Shown in pieces: positions 1 through 8,301 of a stretch of DNA of 14,827 nucleotides. Each line of letters opens with the position of its first letter. The stretch's first letter is position 1. Source of the DNA: a virus. Taxonomy: Duplodnaviria > Heunggongvirae > Uroviricota > Caudoviricetes. Position numbers and translations under genes: made by a program. The notes beneath the pieces were generated by a model that saw nothing but the letters and a program-made list of their open reading frames with translations, was not told the DNA's origin and did not search any database. Location of the stretch: IMG/VR virus record IMGVR_UViG_2565956710_000002, one strand, 5' to 3'.

Positions 1-1254
1 ATGCTGGAACAAATGGGCATTGCCGCGAAGCAAGCCTCGTATAAATTAGCGCAACTCTCCAGCCGCGAAAAAAATCGTGTGCTGGAAAAAATCGCCGATG
101 AACTGGAAGCACAAAGCGAAAGTATCCTCAACGCTAACGCGCAGGATGTTGCAGACGCGCGTGCCAATGGCCTTAGCGAAGCGATGCTTGACCGTCTGGC
201 ACTGACGCCCGCACGGCTGAAAGGCATTGCCGACGATGTGCGCCAGGTGTGCAATCTCGCCGATCCGGTGGGGCAGGTAATCGATGGCGGCGTACTGGAC
301 AGCGGCCTGCGTCTGGAGCGCCGTCGCGTGCCGCTGGGGGTGATTGGCGTGATTTATGAAGCGCGCCCGAACGTGACGGTTGATGTTGCTTCCCTGTGCC
401 TGAAAACCGGTAACGCGGTGATCCTGCGCGGCGGCAAAGAAACCTGTCGCACTAACGCTGCAACGGTAGCGGTGATTCAGGACGCCCTGAAATCCTGCGG
501 CTTACCGGCGGGTGCCGTGCAGGCAATTGATAATCCTGACCGTGCGCTGGTCAGTGAAATGCTGCGTATGGATAAATACATCGACATGCTGATCCCGCGC
601 GGTGGGGCTGGTTTGCATAAACTGTGCCGCGAGCAGTCGACAATCCCGGTGATCACAGGCGGTATAGGCGTATGCCATATTTACGTTGATGAAAGCGCAG
701 AGATCGCTGAAGTATTAAAAGTGATCGTCAACGCGAAAACTCAGCGACCAAGCACATGTAATACGGTAGAAACCTTGCTGGTAAATAAAAACATCGCCGA
801 TAGCTTCCTGCCCGCATTAAGCAAGCAAATGGCGGAAAGCGGCGTGACGTTACACGCAGATGCTGCTGCGCTGGCGCAGTTGCAGACAGGCCCCGCGAAG
901 GTGGTGGCGGTTAAAGCCGAAGAGTATGACGATGAGTTTCTGTCATTAGATTTGAACGTCAAAATCGTTAGCGATCTTGACGATGCCATCGCCCATATTC
1001 GTGAACACGGCACGCAACACTCCGATGCGATCCTGACCCGCGATATGCGCAACGCCCAGCGTTTTGTTAACGAAGTGGATTCCTCCGCTGTTTACGTTAA
1101 CGCCTCTACGCGTTTTACCGACGGCGGCCAGTTTGGACTGGGGGCGGAAGTTGCGGTAAGCACACAAAAACTCCACGCGCGCGGCCCAATGGGGCTGGAA
1201 GCACTGACCACTTATAAGTGGATCGGCATTGGTGATTACACCATTCGTGCGTAA
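1..1254 (+). CDS. proA: gamma-glutamyl phosphate reductase (glutamate-5-semialdehyde dehydrogenase)
   Basis: Full 417-aa ORF starting at ATG at position 1; translation is recognisable as enterobacterial ProA (aldehyde dehydrogenase fold, host-like GC). Followed by tRNA-Thr as in the E. coli proA-thrW locus. Confidence 0.95.
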   Translation: MLEQMGIAAKQASYKLAQLSSREKNRVLEKIADELEAQSESILNANAQDVADARANGLSEAMLDRLALTPARLKGIADDVRQVCNLADPVGQVIDGGVLDSGLRLERRRVPLGVIGVIYEARPNVTVDVASLCLKTGNAVILRGGKETCRTNAATVAVIQDALKSCGLPAGAVQAIDNPDRALVSEMLRMDKYIDMLIPRGGAGLHKLCREQSTIPVITGGIGVCHIYVDESAEIAEVLKVIVNAKTQRPSTCNTVETLLVNKNIADSFLPALSKQMAESGVTLHADAAALAQLQTGPAKVVAVKAEEYDDEFLSLDLNVKIVSDLDDAIAHIREHGTQHSDAILTRDMRNAQRFVNEVDSSAVYVNASTRFTDGGQFGLGAEVAVSTQKLHARGPMGLEALTTYKWIGIGDYTIRA

Positions 1255-1257
1255 ATA

Positions 1258-1323
1258 AAACCGGGTGATGCAAAAGTAGCCATTTGATTCACAAGGCCAT
1301 TGACGCATCGCCCGGTTAGTTTT
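1258..1323 (+). terminator. imperfect long stem-loop downstream of proA with trailing T-run; possible proA terminator overlapping the thrW promoter region
   Basis: AAACCGGGTGATGC (1258-1271) can pair with GCATCGCCCGGTT (1305-1317) with one G-U position, followed by AGTTTTAA. The loop is large (~33 nt), so this is not a canonical intrinsic terminator. Confidence 0.3.
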
Positions 1324-1368
1324 AACCTTGTCCACCGTGATTCACGTTCGTGAACATGTCCTTTCAGG

Positions 1369-1444
1369 GCCGATATAGCTCAGTTGGTAGAGCAGCGCAT
1401 TCGTAATGCGAAGGTCGTAGGTTCGACTCCTATTATCGGCACCA
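1369..1444 (+). tRNA. thrW: tRNA-Thr, anticodon CGU
   Basis: 76-nt sequence GCCGATATAGCTCAGTTGGTAGAGCAGCGCATTCGTAATGCGAAGGTCGTAGGTTCGACTCCTATTATCGGCACCA. It has a 7-bp acceptor stem (GCCGATA/TATCGGC), D-loop AGCTCAGTTGGTAGAGC, anticodon loop with CGT, T-loop GGTTCGACTCC and an encoded CCA. Position after proA matches E. coli thrW. Confidence 0.95.
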
Positions 1445-1445
1445 T
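1421..1445. repeat. att core direct repeat, copy 1 (3' end of tRNA-Thr)
   Basis: 25-bp GTTCGACTCCTATTATCGGCACCAT is repeated exactly at 14311-14335. The arms adjacent to both copies share motifs (CCCAAGTC, ATTTAAAAAC). Confidence 0.8.
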
Positions 1446-1558
1446 CACCTAGTTTTCCCAAGTCAACCCACATCAACAAAATCATTTAAAAACATATATA
1501 TTACGTTGTTTTCATACGTTTGAGGTCAACCCTTGTCTCTTGAAATCAACACGCTGTT

Positions 1559-1607
1559 GGGGGCACAATCAGGGGCATGTTCTGTTCGGTCTAGGAAATG
1601 TGCCCCC
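1559..1607 (+). promoter_or_regulatory. 9-bp perfect inverted repeat in the integrase leader, ending 1 nt before the int start codon
   Basis: GGGGGCACA at 1559-1567 and TGTGCCCCC at 1599-1607. A related G-run/C-run arrangement sits upstream of the second integrase (14449-14487). Confidence 0.35.
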
Positions 1608-1608
1608 A

Positions 1609-2799
1609 ATGATGCTGAATGCCCGCAAGGTTGAAGCTGCGAAAGGAAAAGAGAAGAGCTACAAGCTGTTTGATGGAGGTGGCCTATACCTTCAGGTCGA
1701 ACCTAATGGCTCGCGTTACTGGCGTATGAAATACCGTTTTGCTGGTAAAGAGAAACGATTGTCCTTTGGTGTTTATCCAACAGTCACACTTGCTGATGCC
1801 AGACAAAAACGAGAAGACGCGAAGAAACTACTCGCAGCAGGTGAAGATCCCGGCGAAGTCAAAAAAGCCAAAAAGCAGGCTTTAAATGCAGCGAGTGAGA
1901 CACTTAACCCATTCAGAGAAGTGGCGTTAGAGTGGCACAAAATGAAATCACCCAAATGGTCTGAGGGCTATGCTTCCGACATCATTGAGGCATTCGAGAA
2001 AGACATTTTCCCGCATATTGGGCACAGACCTATAGCTGATATTCAGCCCCTTGAACTGCTTGAAGTTCTGAGGTTGATAGAAGCTCGAGGCGCTATGGAG
2101 AAAGCGAAGAAAGTCCGTCAGCGATGCGGTGAAGTTTTTCGCTATGCCATCGTAACGGGTAGGGCAATCTACAATCCGGCACCGGATCTTGCCAGTGTGA
2201 TGCAAGGACATGAAGCAGTCCACTATCCATTCCTCAAAGCCAACGAACTACCGGAGTTCTTTAATGCCCTTAATTCTTATTCAGGAAGTCCAATTGTATT
2301 GTTGGGGGCGCATTTACTTATCCTGACAGGTCTACGAACTGGAGAACTACGAGCAGGTGAGTGGCGAGAGGTGGATTTTGATAATGCGGTGTGGGAGATC
2401 CCAAAAGAACGTATGAAAATGCGTAGGAGCCATATTGTCCCGTTGTCAAAACAAGCATTATCCCATCTCAAAAGTTTGAAAGAACTAACTGGGAACTACC
2501 CGCTGATGTTCCCTGGACGCAACGATCCCAGCAAATTTATGAGTGAAGCAAGCATTAATCAGGTGTTTAAACGTATTGGATATGCAGGGCGTGTTACGGG
2601 GCATGGTTTCAGGCATACGATGAGTACAATCCTACATGAGAAAGGATTTAACAGCGCTTGGATTGAAACCCAGCTTGCTCATTCGGACAAAAACTCTATT
2701 CGTGGAATTTATAACCATGCCCAATATCTCGAAGGGAGAAGAGAAATGATGCAATGGTATGCTAATTATTTATCTGAGCAAATTGGTACTCATAAATGA
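1609..2799 (+). CDS. int: tyrosine recombinase, P4-type integrase
   Basis: The ORF track gives 1540-2799 from a TTG; I place the start at the ATG at 1609 (MMLNARKVEAAKGKEKSYKLFDGGGLYL...) because it aligns with the N-terminus of the second integrase at 14489 (MKLNARQIDTAKPKEKAYKLADGGGLYL). The C-terminal catalytic region has HxxR (GHGFRHT) and the family layout. Sits next to the tRNA att site. Confidence 0.9.
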   Translation: MMLNARKVEAAKGKEKSYKLFDGGGLYLQVEPNGSRYWRMKYRFAGKEKRLSFGVYPTVTLADARQKREDAKKLLAAGEDPGEVKKAKKQALNAASETLNPFREVALEWHKMKSPKWSEGYASDIIEAFEKDIFPHIGHRPIADIQPLELLEVLRLIEARGAMEKAKKVRQRCGEVFRYAIVTGRAIYNPAPDLASVMQGHEAVHYPFLKANELPEFFNALNSYSGSPIVLLGAHLLILTGLRTGELRAGEWREVDFDNAVWEIPKERMKMRRSHIVPLSKQALSHLKSLKELTGNYPLMFPGRNDPSKFMSEASINQVFKRIGYAGRVTGHGFRHTMSTILHEKGFNSAWIETQLAHSDKNSIRGIYNHAQYLEGRREMMQWYANYLSEQIGTHK

Positions 2800-3620
2800 A
2801 TATTTTAAAAATTAATAATACTGATTCTCTGCTCAGAGATTACTACCAGTTGGATGAAGCTTCAGAAAAAATTGGTTGTAGTGAAAAGGATATACTCTGG
2901 TTTGCCAGAGAACGAGATGTAGAGCTATGCATGGAATTCCATGATGATGAGTATGATGTTTCATGTGGTTTGAAGATTGATGGTCAAATGGATGAGTTCT
3001 TATCTAATCTGAAATATTTACCACGAGATAGAAATGGCAATATTATGTTGTCAGACTTAAGTTCTATAAGAATCCCTGATGAAGATAATTTAATTGATAA
3101 AAATGGTTTTATTCGATGCTTCATATCCGGTTTATGGGCTGTTGATTATGAATATAAAGATCTGTTAGTTAAGCATGAGGGGCAACCGGATTCCTGGCCT
3201 ATTCATTTTCTACTGGCGGGTACGCCTAATATAAATTGTAAGGTAATTCTTTATGTAAATTATGATGAAAAAGAAAATTATTATCTTTTTGAGGTTTTGT
3301 GGATTACAAAGGTACAGATTCAAAAATTCATTGATATAGTCTTATGCGAACAAAAGCGGATAAAAAACGCCAATAAATATAAATCACAATCTGAGGCGCA
3401 AAAACAAAAACATGCTGTTCCTCGAGCTGAAATACTCATGGCTATTATTTCGCTCTATCATCGTGATATGAGGCTAAGAAGAGAGAGTCCAGCAGCGATA
3501 GCTGATTATCTTTTTCAACATGCCAGTGAGTTCTGGCCTAAGACCGGAGAACCGCCTTTGAGCTATGATACTGTTGTTAGTTTGCTACGTAGTTGCATGA
3601 AAAACATTAAGTTTAACTAA
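2796..3620 (+). CDS. hypothetical protein (274 aa), AT-rich, translationally coupled to int
   Basis: ATG at 2796 overlaps the int stop (ATGA). Strongly AT-rich compared with int and alpha (judged by eye, not computed). No motif I recognise. Confidence 0.7.
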   Translation: MNILKINNTDSLLRDYYQLDEASEKIGCSEKDILWFARERDVELCMEFHDDEYDVSCGLKIDGQMDEFLSNLKYLPRDRNGNIMLSDLSSIRIPDEDNLIDKNGFIRCFISGLWAVDYEYKDLLVKHEGQPDSWPIHFLLAGTPNINCKVILYVNYDEKENYYLFEVLWITKVQIQKFIDIVLCEQKRIKNANKYKSQSEAQKQKHAVPRAEILMAIISLYHRDMRLRRESPAAIADYLFQHASEFWPKTGEPPLSYDTVVSLLRSCMKNIKFN

Positions 3621-3745
3621 ATATTAACAATTGTTGTGGCTAATGATTTTGAATTTTTTTCATTAGTCACATTTTTCTCATTTATAACCTATGTTTTAAT
3701 TTTCCGTGTTGAAGCCAATAGACTTAGATAAACGGAGAATGATGA

Positions 3746-4036
3746 ATGTTATCTAAACATGATAATACTACTTTGCAACGACCTTCAATGGATTCTCTGA
3801 TCGATATGAAGTTTATTACTTCCGATTGTTTATTAAGTGATAAATGGATTTATCGATTGATTTCTCTGAATCGCTTTCCAAAACCTATAAAAATAGGTCG
3901 GATGTCACGATGGCGCGCTGCTGATTATTATAAGTGGCGAGATGGGTTTGAAGAAAACTCAGGTCAACAGTTTGAGGGGATGAGAAATAAGGCAAGAGCA
4001 ATTAATAAAGGGAATAGATTATCACCTACTCCCTAA
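3746..4036 (+). CDS. AlpA/Vis-like helix-turn-helix regulator (prophage excisionase-like)
   Basis: Segment MKFITSDCLLSDKWIYRLISLNRFPKPIKIGRMSRWRAADYYKW resembles the AlpA family HTH (FPKPIKxG-RSxRW...W). GGAG lies 8 nt upstream of the ATG at 3746. An inverted repeat GTGGCTAATGA/TCATTAGTCAC (3635-3671) is upstream. Confidence 0.65.
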   Translation: MLSKHDNTTLQRPSMDSLIDMKFITSDCLLSDKWIYRLISLNRFPKPIKIGRMSRWRAADYYKWRDGFEENSGQQFEGMRNKARAINKGNRLSPTP

Positions 4037-4068
4037 GCCTTAATTGATAGTTAGTAATATTTAACTGA

Positions 4069-4242
4069 TTAGCCTTTAGGGTCAATCCCGCGTGATTGGA
4101 GTTCTTTGCGTAAAATTCTTTTAATCCAAGTTGCCAACGCGCTATCTCCATCTTTGCGCATTTCGTTTTCGAGTTGCAACCTAAAATCGTCGGTAAGACG
4201 CATTTGGAATGGTGGAGAACGTTTCTCTTGTGGTGTTGACAT
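4069..4242 (-). CDS. Arc/Mnt-type ribbon-helix-helix DNA-binding protein (57 aa), putative satellite repressor
   Basis: Hand translation of the minus strand: MSTPQEKRSPPFQMRLTDDFRLQLENEMRKDGDSALATWIKRILRKELQSRGIDPKG. The pattern F-x-h-R-h...G-x-S-x-x-x-x-I-x-x-x-L matches Arc/Mnt (FNLRWP...ENGRSVNSEIYQRVM). Not in the ORF track because it is under 60 aa. Its start codon lies inside operator copy 1. Confidence 0.6.
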   Translation of the reverse strand: MSTPQEKRSPPFQMRLTDDFRLQLENEMRKDGDSALATWIKRILRKELQSRGIDPKG

Positions 4243-4264
4243 GGTAATTACCCTAGAATATGAT
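4236..4264 (+). promoter_or_regulatory. sigma70-type promoter (TTGACA-N17-TATGAT) for the rightward early operon
   Basis: TTGACA at 4236-4241, a 17-nt spacer, then TATGAT at 4259-4264. Predicted transcription start is near 4271, reading toward the early operon that starts at 4374. Confidence 0.55.
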
Positions 4265-4282
4265 GACTACATGGTAATTACC
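4239..4282. promoter_or_regulatory. tandem palindromic operators (2 x ACATGGTAATTACC, 30-bp period)
   Basis: Exact 14-mer at 4239-4252 and 4269-4282, each containing the perfect palindrome GGTAATTACC. Copy 1 overlaps the -35/spacer, copy 2 overlaps the predicted +1. Adjacent to the RHH gene. Confidence 0.5.
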
Positions 4283-4310
4283 ATTGTAAGTATAGTTCGC
4301 TTGTAAAAGC

Positions 4311-4345
4311 AATGCCCGATTGTGCGGGAACACAAATCGGGCATT
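4311..4345 (+). other. strong stem-loop in the early-operon leader
   Basis: AATGCCCGATTGTG (4311-4324) pairs with CACAAATCGGGCATT (4331-4345): 11 bp, a one-nt bulge, then 3 bp, with loop CGGGAA. No U-tract follows. Confidence 0.45.
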
Positions 4346-4373
4346 TAACCAACCGTTATAAGAGGTAACGAAG

Positions 4374-4550
4374 ATGGCTAAACAGAAGTGTACCTGGTTA
4401 TTTGCGGCGATCAACCGCAGTCAACGCAATGCCCGTCCTGTGATGTTAAGGATCACCGCAGATAACGAGCGGTCAGCGCGGCGCAGACTTGCCCCGGACT
4501 ATGTACTGAGCTTTGCCGGGCGCATTCCCTGCGGAGGTGAACATGCGTAA
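4374..4550 (+). CDS. small protein (58 aa), first gene of early operon; function unknown
   Basis: ATG at 4374 with AGAGG 8 nt upstream. Translation: MAKQKCTWLFAAINRSQRNARPVMLRITADNERSARRRLAPDYVLSFAGRIPCGGEHA. The stop overlaps the next gene's start region. Not in the ORF track (under 60 aa). Confidence 0.45.
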   Translation: MAKQKCTWLFAAINRSQRNARPVMLRITADNERSARRRLAPDYVLSFAGRIPCGGEHA

Positions 4551-4902
4551 TTATCCGCATCCCGGCGAACGCTGGCAGCATGAACGTGGCTGGACGGTCA
4601 CGATTATCCGATTAATAGAAGCCTCGCCCTCTGTGGCGCTGGTTAATCCTGAATTCAGCTGTGAAGTGCTGATACGTCATGACAGCGACAACCAGCTTTC
4701 TTCCTGCCCTCTGGCATGGTTTGAACAGCGATATACGCGCCTGTTTGATGTACCGCTCTTTAAGCCTGCACCAGCTCCTGCAGGCGGTAGTGGTTCCGGC
4801 CCGCTGACACTGCATCCGTCTGTGCTATTTATCCGCTGGCGGGAGCGTAGCATATGGCGTTCTGCTGAGCCTGATGACGGTCACTATTCAAAGTTTCTCT
4901 GA
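4543..4902 (+). CDS. hypothetical protein (119 aa from the ATG; ORF track extends to a TTG at 4513)
   Basis: ATG at 4543 preceded by GGAGG with a 5-nt spacer. Contains a flexible PAPAPAGGSGSGP linker. Phage-like GC. Confidence 0.55.
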   Translation: MRNYPHPGERWQHERGWTVTIIRLIEASPSVALVNPEFSCEVLIRHDSDNQLSSCPLAWFEQRYTRLFDVPLFKPAPAPAGGSGSGPLTLHPSVLFIRWRERSIWRSAEPDDGHYSKFL

Positions 4903-4933
4903 CACAATACCGCTGAAAACGGAGTAATCCACG

Positions 4934-5218
4934 ATGAATATTTCAAACGGGCACAACGGTGCTCAGGGCCACACTTTGCCTGAAAAACACAATACCGGTG
5001 TTTTTGCCTATGGGTTGTCAGAGGACAGTTTCGGAAAGCTGACCCGCGCAAGAAATGCCTGCGACATGCTCCAGCTTCTCTTTTCTGAATACCCGTCTCA
5101 GGCCGGAGCACTGGACACTGGCTGTGCGCATGGTGTCGCCGCGCTGATGGAGTACCTGCTGGCAGATTTGACGGATATTGCACACAGCTGCGCACTGATT
5201 GAAGGAGGTTCCAGATGA
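4934..5218 (+). CDS. hypothetical protein (94 aa), early operon
   Basis: ATG at 4934 with GGAG upstream; the stop overlaps the next start (ATGA at 5215-5218). Confidence 0.6.
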   Translation: MNISNGHNGAQGHTLPEKHNTGVFAYGLSEDSFGKLTRARNACDMLQLLFSEYPSQAGALDTGCAHGVAALMEYLLADLTDIAHSCALIEGGSR

Positions 5219-5598
5219 ACCAGCCGCAGGTTTCCATTTTCCCGGCAGAAATGACCACCGCGCTTTACCGGCGGGCTATTGCTTCAGCATGGCGGCAGAA
5301 AATGCTGAACGAAACTGGCAGTGATCAGTATGGTCCGCACAGCCTGACGGTGGAGCGTATTGAAATGGCCATTGCGCTGCATATCGAGTGCGTACTGATT
5401 AACGAGTACGGCGAAGCACAGGGCGCCGCTGCCGCGCTGGCACTGCTGACTGACATGCTGGAGCCGTCACTGCTGACCGCGCCGCCGGTACTGACCGCGC
5501 GCGGCTGTGAAGTGATGGCGGAGATGTACCGCACGCTTCCGGCGGCCTTTGATGACTTCTGCAGTACCGGTGTGACGTTGTATCAGGGGGAAGTATGA
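5215..5598 (+). CDS. hypothetical protein (127 aa), early operon, coupled to the primase
   Basis: ATG at 5215 preceded by GAAGGAGG. The stop overlaps the alpha start (ATGA at 5595-5598). Confidence 0.65.
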   Translation: MNQPQVSIFPAEMTTALYRRAIASAWRQKMLNETGSDQYGPHSLTVERIEMAIALHIECVLINEYGEAQGAAAALALLTDMLEPSLLTAPPVLTARGCEVMAEMYRTLPAAFDDFCSTGVTLYQGEV

Positions 5599-8267
5599 CA
5601 ATACAGACGGTTACGCAGATTTCAGCCGCCGCACGGGGGAAATGGCCCGTTATTCTCCAGATGCTGCGTATTGATGTACCTGAAAACGGCAGGCACGGTC
5701 CCTGCCCGAAATGTGGGGGCAAGGATCGTTTTCGCCTTGATGACCTTGACGGGCGCGGGACGTGGATCTGCAGCCAGTGTGGCAATGGTGACGGTCTGGA
5801 TCTGGTTAAGCTCGTAACCGGTTACAGCGTCAGAAAGGCTGCGCAGGAGGTGGCGCAGGTGCTTAATGTGCCGGATGTGCAGGAACTGCCTGTTAAGCCT
5901 GCCAGACAAAAAGCCCCTAAACGCGACATGGGTCTTACCGTGGCGGCGCTGATGAAAGAGAGCCACACGGGAGAAAGCGCCTATCTGACAGGAAAAGGGT
6001 TCGCCGGATACCCGGCCTCTCTGACCGGAAGCGTGCAGCATATCAGCGGTAAGGATTTTCCTGCCGGTTCCCTGCTGTTACCACTCACGACCAACACCGG
6101 AGCCGTGACTGGTGCACAGCTTATCGCCCCGACGGGTGAAAAAAGCATACTGCCCGGCAGCACGATGAAAGGCGCGTTTGTGTCGCTCAGCCCGTTACCG
6201 TCTGAACCACCGGTACAGGTGGTGATTACCGAAGGTTACGCTACGGCGCTGACGGTAAGTCAGCTCACTGCCGGATGCGTAGTGGCTGCCATATCTGCGG
6301 GCAACCTGCCCAATGTGGCGCAGTCGCTGCGGGCACGCTGGCCTGAGGTAAAAATTATCATCGCCGGTGATAACGATTTTCAGGACGGAGGTGAGAATCC
6401 CGGCAGAGCCTTTGCTGAACGGGCGGCAAAAGCTGTTGGCGGCTGGATGACGCTGCCACCAGGAGAGATTAAGGCTGACTGGAATGACTTTCATCGGGAG
6501 CACGGTATTACCCGTGCCCGTGAAGCCTTTCGCAACGGTCTGGTACTGTGCGGGGAAGGCCGCACGCAACTGCCGCACGGGTTCCGTCTTACCCAGGAAT
6601 ATCTCTGGTATGAAAAGCAGGTACAGCGCAACGGTGAGACGGAGATCCAGAACGTCAAAATATGCAGCCCGCTGCGCGTGACGGCAATCACCTGCGATGC
6701 CGATGGCGGTAACTTCGGACGACTGCTGGAATGGGAAGATACGTGGGGTGAGTGTCGCCGCTGGGCGATGCCGATGGAAATGCTGAGCGGCAGTGGTGAG
6801 GAACTGCGCCGGGTACTGCTGGTTAACGGGCTGTCTTATATCAGCACCACCGGTGAGGCACGCGCACGCCTGATGGAATATATCTCACTGTGTAAACCGG
6901 AACGCCGCGTGACCTGCGTCAGTCGTACTGGCTGGCATGGTCAGGTTTACGTCCTGCAGGATGAGGTCAGCGGTGAAGGTGCAGAGGGTGTCATTCTCCA
7001 GACCACTTCCGTGCAGGGGCGTGATTTCCGCGTGTCGGGCACAACAGAGGAATGGCGGGAGCATGTATCCCGCTACTGTACCGGCAACTCCCGCGTGGCA
7101 TTTGCTGTCAGCCTGGCCTTTGCTGCACCACTGTTACGGCTGGTTGGTATGGACGGCGGCGGCTACCACCTCAAAGGGGAATCGACAGACGGTAAGACCA
7201 CCACCATGAAAGCGGCAACCTCCGTCTGCGGCGGGCCTGACTACTGGCAGACATGGCGGGCCACCGGCAACGCGCTGGAGGGATGCGCCAGCCGCCGCAA
7301 CGATGCCGCCATGATGCTTGATGAGATCCGGGAAGTTGACGGACGCGAGGCAGGCAATATCGCCTACATGCTGGCAAACGGTCAGGGCAAAGGCCGTGCC
7401 GGTACGGACGGTGAGCTGCGTACCCGTAAGCAGTGGCGCCTGTTGTTCTTTTCAACTGGCGAGTTGTCTCTGACCGAACATGCGGCAAAGGCCGGTGAGC
7501 GTACTTTTGCCGGGATGGAAGTCAGGATGATCCAGATCCCCAGCGATTCCGGGAAGTTTGGCGTTTTTGAGGAGCTGCACGGCTTCGACAGCGGCAAGGC
7601 TCTGGCAGAGCATCTTGAATGGGCCACGTCCTGCTACTACGGTTCGCCGTTCCGGGAGTGGCTGAAAGCACTGACCGCTGATCTTAACGGACTAACGGCA
7701 CAGGCAAAATCGCTGATGAAGGAATATGCTGCCGCCCTGACTCCGAAAGATGCAGGCAATCAGGTGGGCCGGGCTGTGAACCGCTTTGCTCTGGTGGCGA
7801 TGGCAGGTGAACTGGCAACCCGTCTGGGTATCACCGGCTGGCCTGAGGGTGAAGCACTGCGGGCAACCCGCGTCTGCCTGAACGCATGGCTGAAAGATCG
7901 CGGGCACACCGCCAATCAGGAAGATATCGCCGCACTGGAGCAGGTTCGCAGTTTCTTCACCGCGAATCAGTACAGCCGCTTTGCAGACTGGTATGACGAG
8001 CGCAACCGCCCCGGCAATATGGTGGGCTGGCGCAGGGTGGAGAAAGGCAGTACCGCGCAGGGCACGGAAGCTGTCACTACGTTCTATGTCATGCCGTCCG
8101 GCTGGAAAGAAATCTGCAGGGGATTTGACCCGCGCAAGGTGGCGCGTCTGTGCGCAGATCGTGGATACCTGCTGCCCTCCACTGATGGCAAACTCCAGAC
8201 AACCATTCGCCCGCCAGAGATGAATCCCCGCAGGCTCTATGTCTTCAACAGCGAGGTGCCGGGTTAA
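5595..8267 (+). CDS. P4 alpha-type primase-helicase (zinc-ribbon + TOPRIM primase + P-loop NTPase)
   Basis: 890 aa. N-terminal zinc ribbon CPKCGG...CSQCG; TOPRIM motifs ITEGYATAL and IIIAGDNDFQDGGENPG; Walker A GESTDGKTT. An iteron array follows immediately downstream. Confidence 0.9.
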   Translation: MTIQTVTQISAAARGKWPVILQMLRIDVPENGRHGPCPKCGGKDRFRLDDLDGRGTWICSQCGNGDGLDLVKLVTGYSVRKAAQEVAQVLNVPDVQELPVKPARQKAPKRDMGLTVAALMKESHTGESAYLTGKGFAGYPASLTGSVQHISGKDFPAGSLLLPLTTNTGAVTGAQLIAPTGEKSILPGSTMKGAFVSLSPLPSEPPVQVVITEGYATALTVSQLTAGCVVAAISAGNLPNVAQSLRARWPEVKIIIAGDNDFQDGGENPGRAFAERAAKAVGGWMTLPPGEIKADWNDFHREHGITRAREAFRNGLVLCGEGRTQLPHGFRLTQEYLWYEKQVQRNGETEIQNVKICSPLRVTAITCDADGGNFGRLLEWEDTWGECRRWAMPMEMLSGSGEELRRVLLVNGLSYISTTGEARARLMEYISLCKPERRVTCVSRTGWHGQVYVLQDEVSGEGAEGVILQTTSVQGRDFRVSGTTEEWREHVSRYCTGNSRVAFAVSLAFAAPLLRLVGMDGGGYHLKGESTDGKTTTMKAATSVCGGPDYWQTWRATGNALEGCASRRNDAAMMLDEIREVDGREAGNIAYMLANGQGKGRAGTDGELRTRKQWRLLFFSTGELSLTEHAAKAGERTFAGMEVRMIQIPSDSGKFGVFEELHGFDSGKALAEHLEWATSCYYGSPFREWLKALTADLNGLTAQAKSLMKEYAAALTPKDAGNQVGRAVNRFALVAMAGELATRLGITGWPEGEALRATRVCLNAWLKDRGHTANQEDIAALEQVRSFFTANQYSRFADWYDERNRPGNMVGWRRVEKGSTAQGTEAVTTFYVMPSGWKEICRGFDPRKVARLCADRGYLLPSTDGKLQTTIRPPEMNPRRLYVFNSEVPG

Positions 8268-8301
8268 GGCTTTGCGTGAGTCTTATTTATTAAGGGTAAC
8301 A

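Noticed and set aside
741-1335. Minus-strand ORFs of 103 and 129 aa overlapping proA
   Set aside because: They are antisense to a clearly recognisable, full-length proA; typical spurious ORFs in GC-rich coding sequence.
1540-1608. N-terminal extension of the first integrase from the TTG at 1540
   Set aside because: The extension (MKSTRCWGHNQGHVLFGLGNVPP) has no counterpart in the second integrase and overlaps the leader inverted repeat; the ATG at 1609 aligns with the family N-terminus.
4106-4306. Plus-strand 66-aa ORF
   Set aside because: Overlaps the better-supported minus-strand RHH gene and runs through the promoter/operator region; no ribosome-binding site.
5325-8223. Many ORFs of 60-139 aa on either strand inside or overlapping the early genes and the primase gene (for example 5399-5785, 5622-6041, 6195-6578, 7171-7488)
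   Set aside because: All lie within or antisense to the strongly supported 890-aa primase-helicase or its coupled upstream genes; there are no independent start signals, and the high GC content generates long spurious frames.
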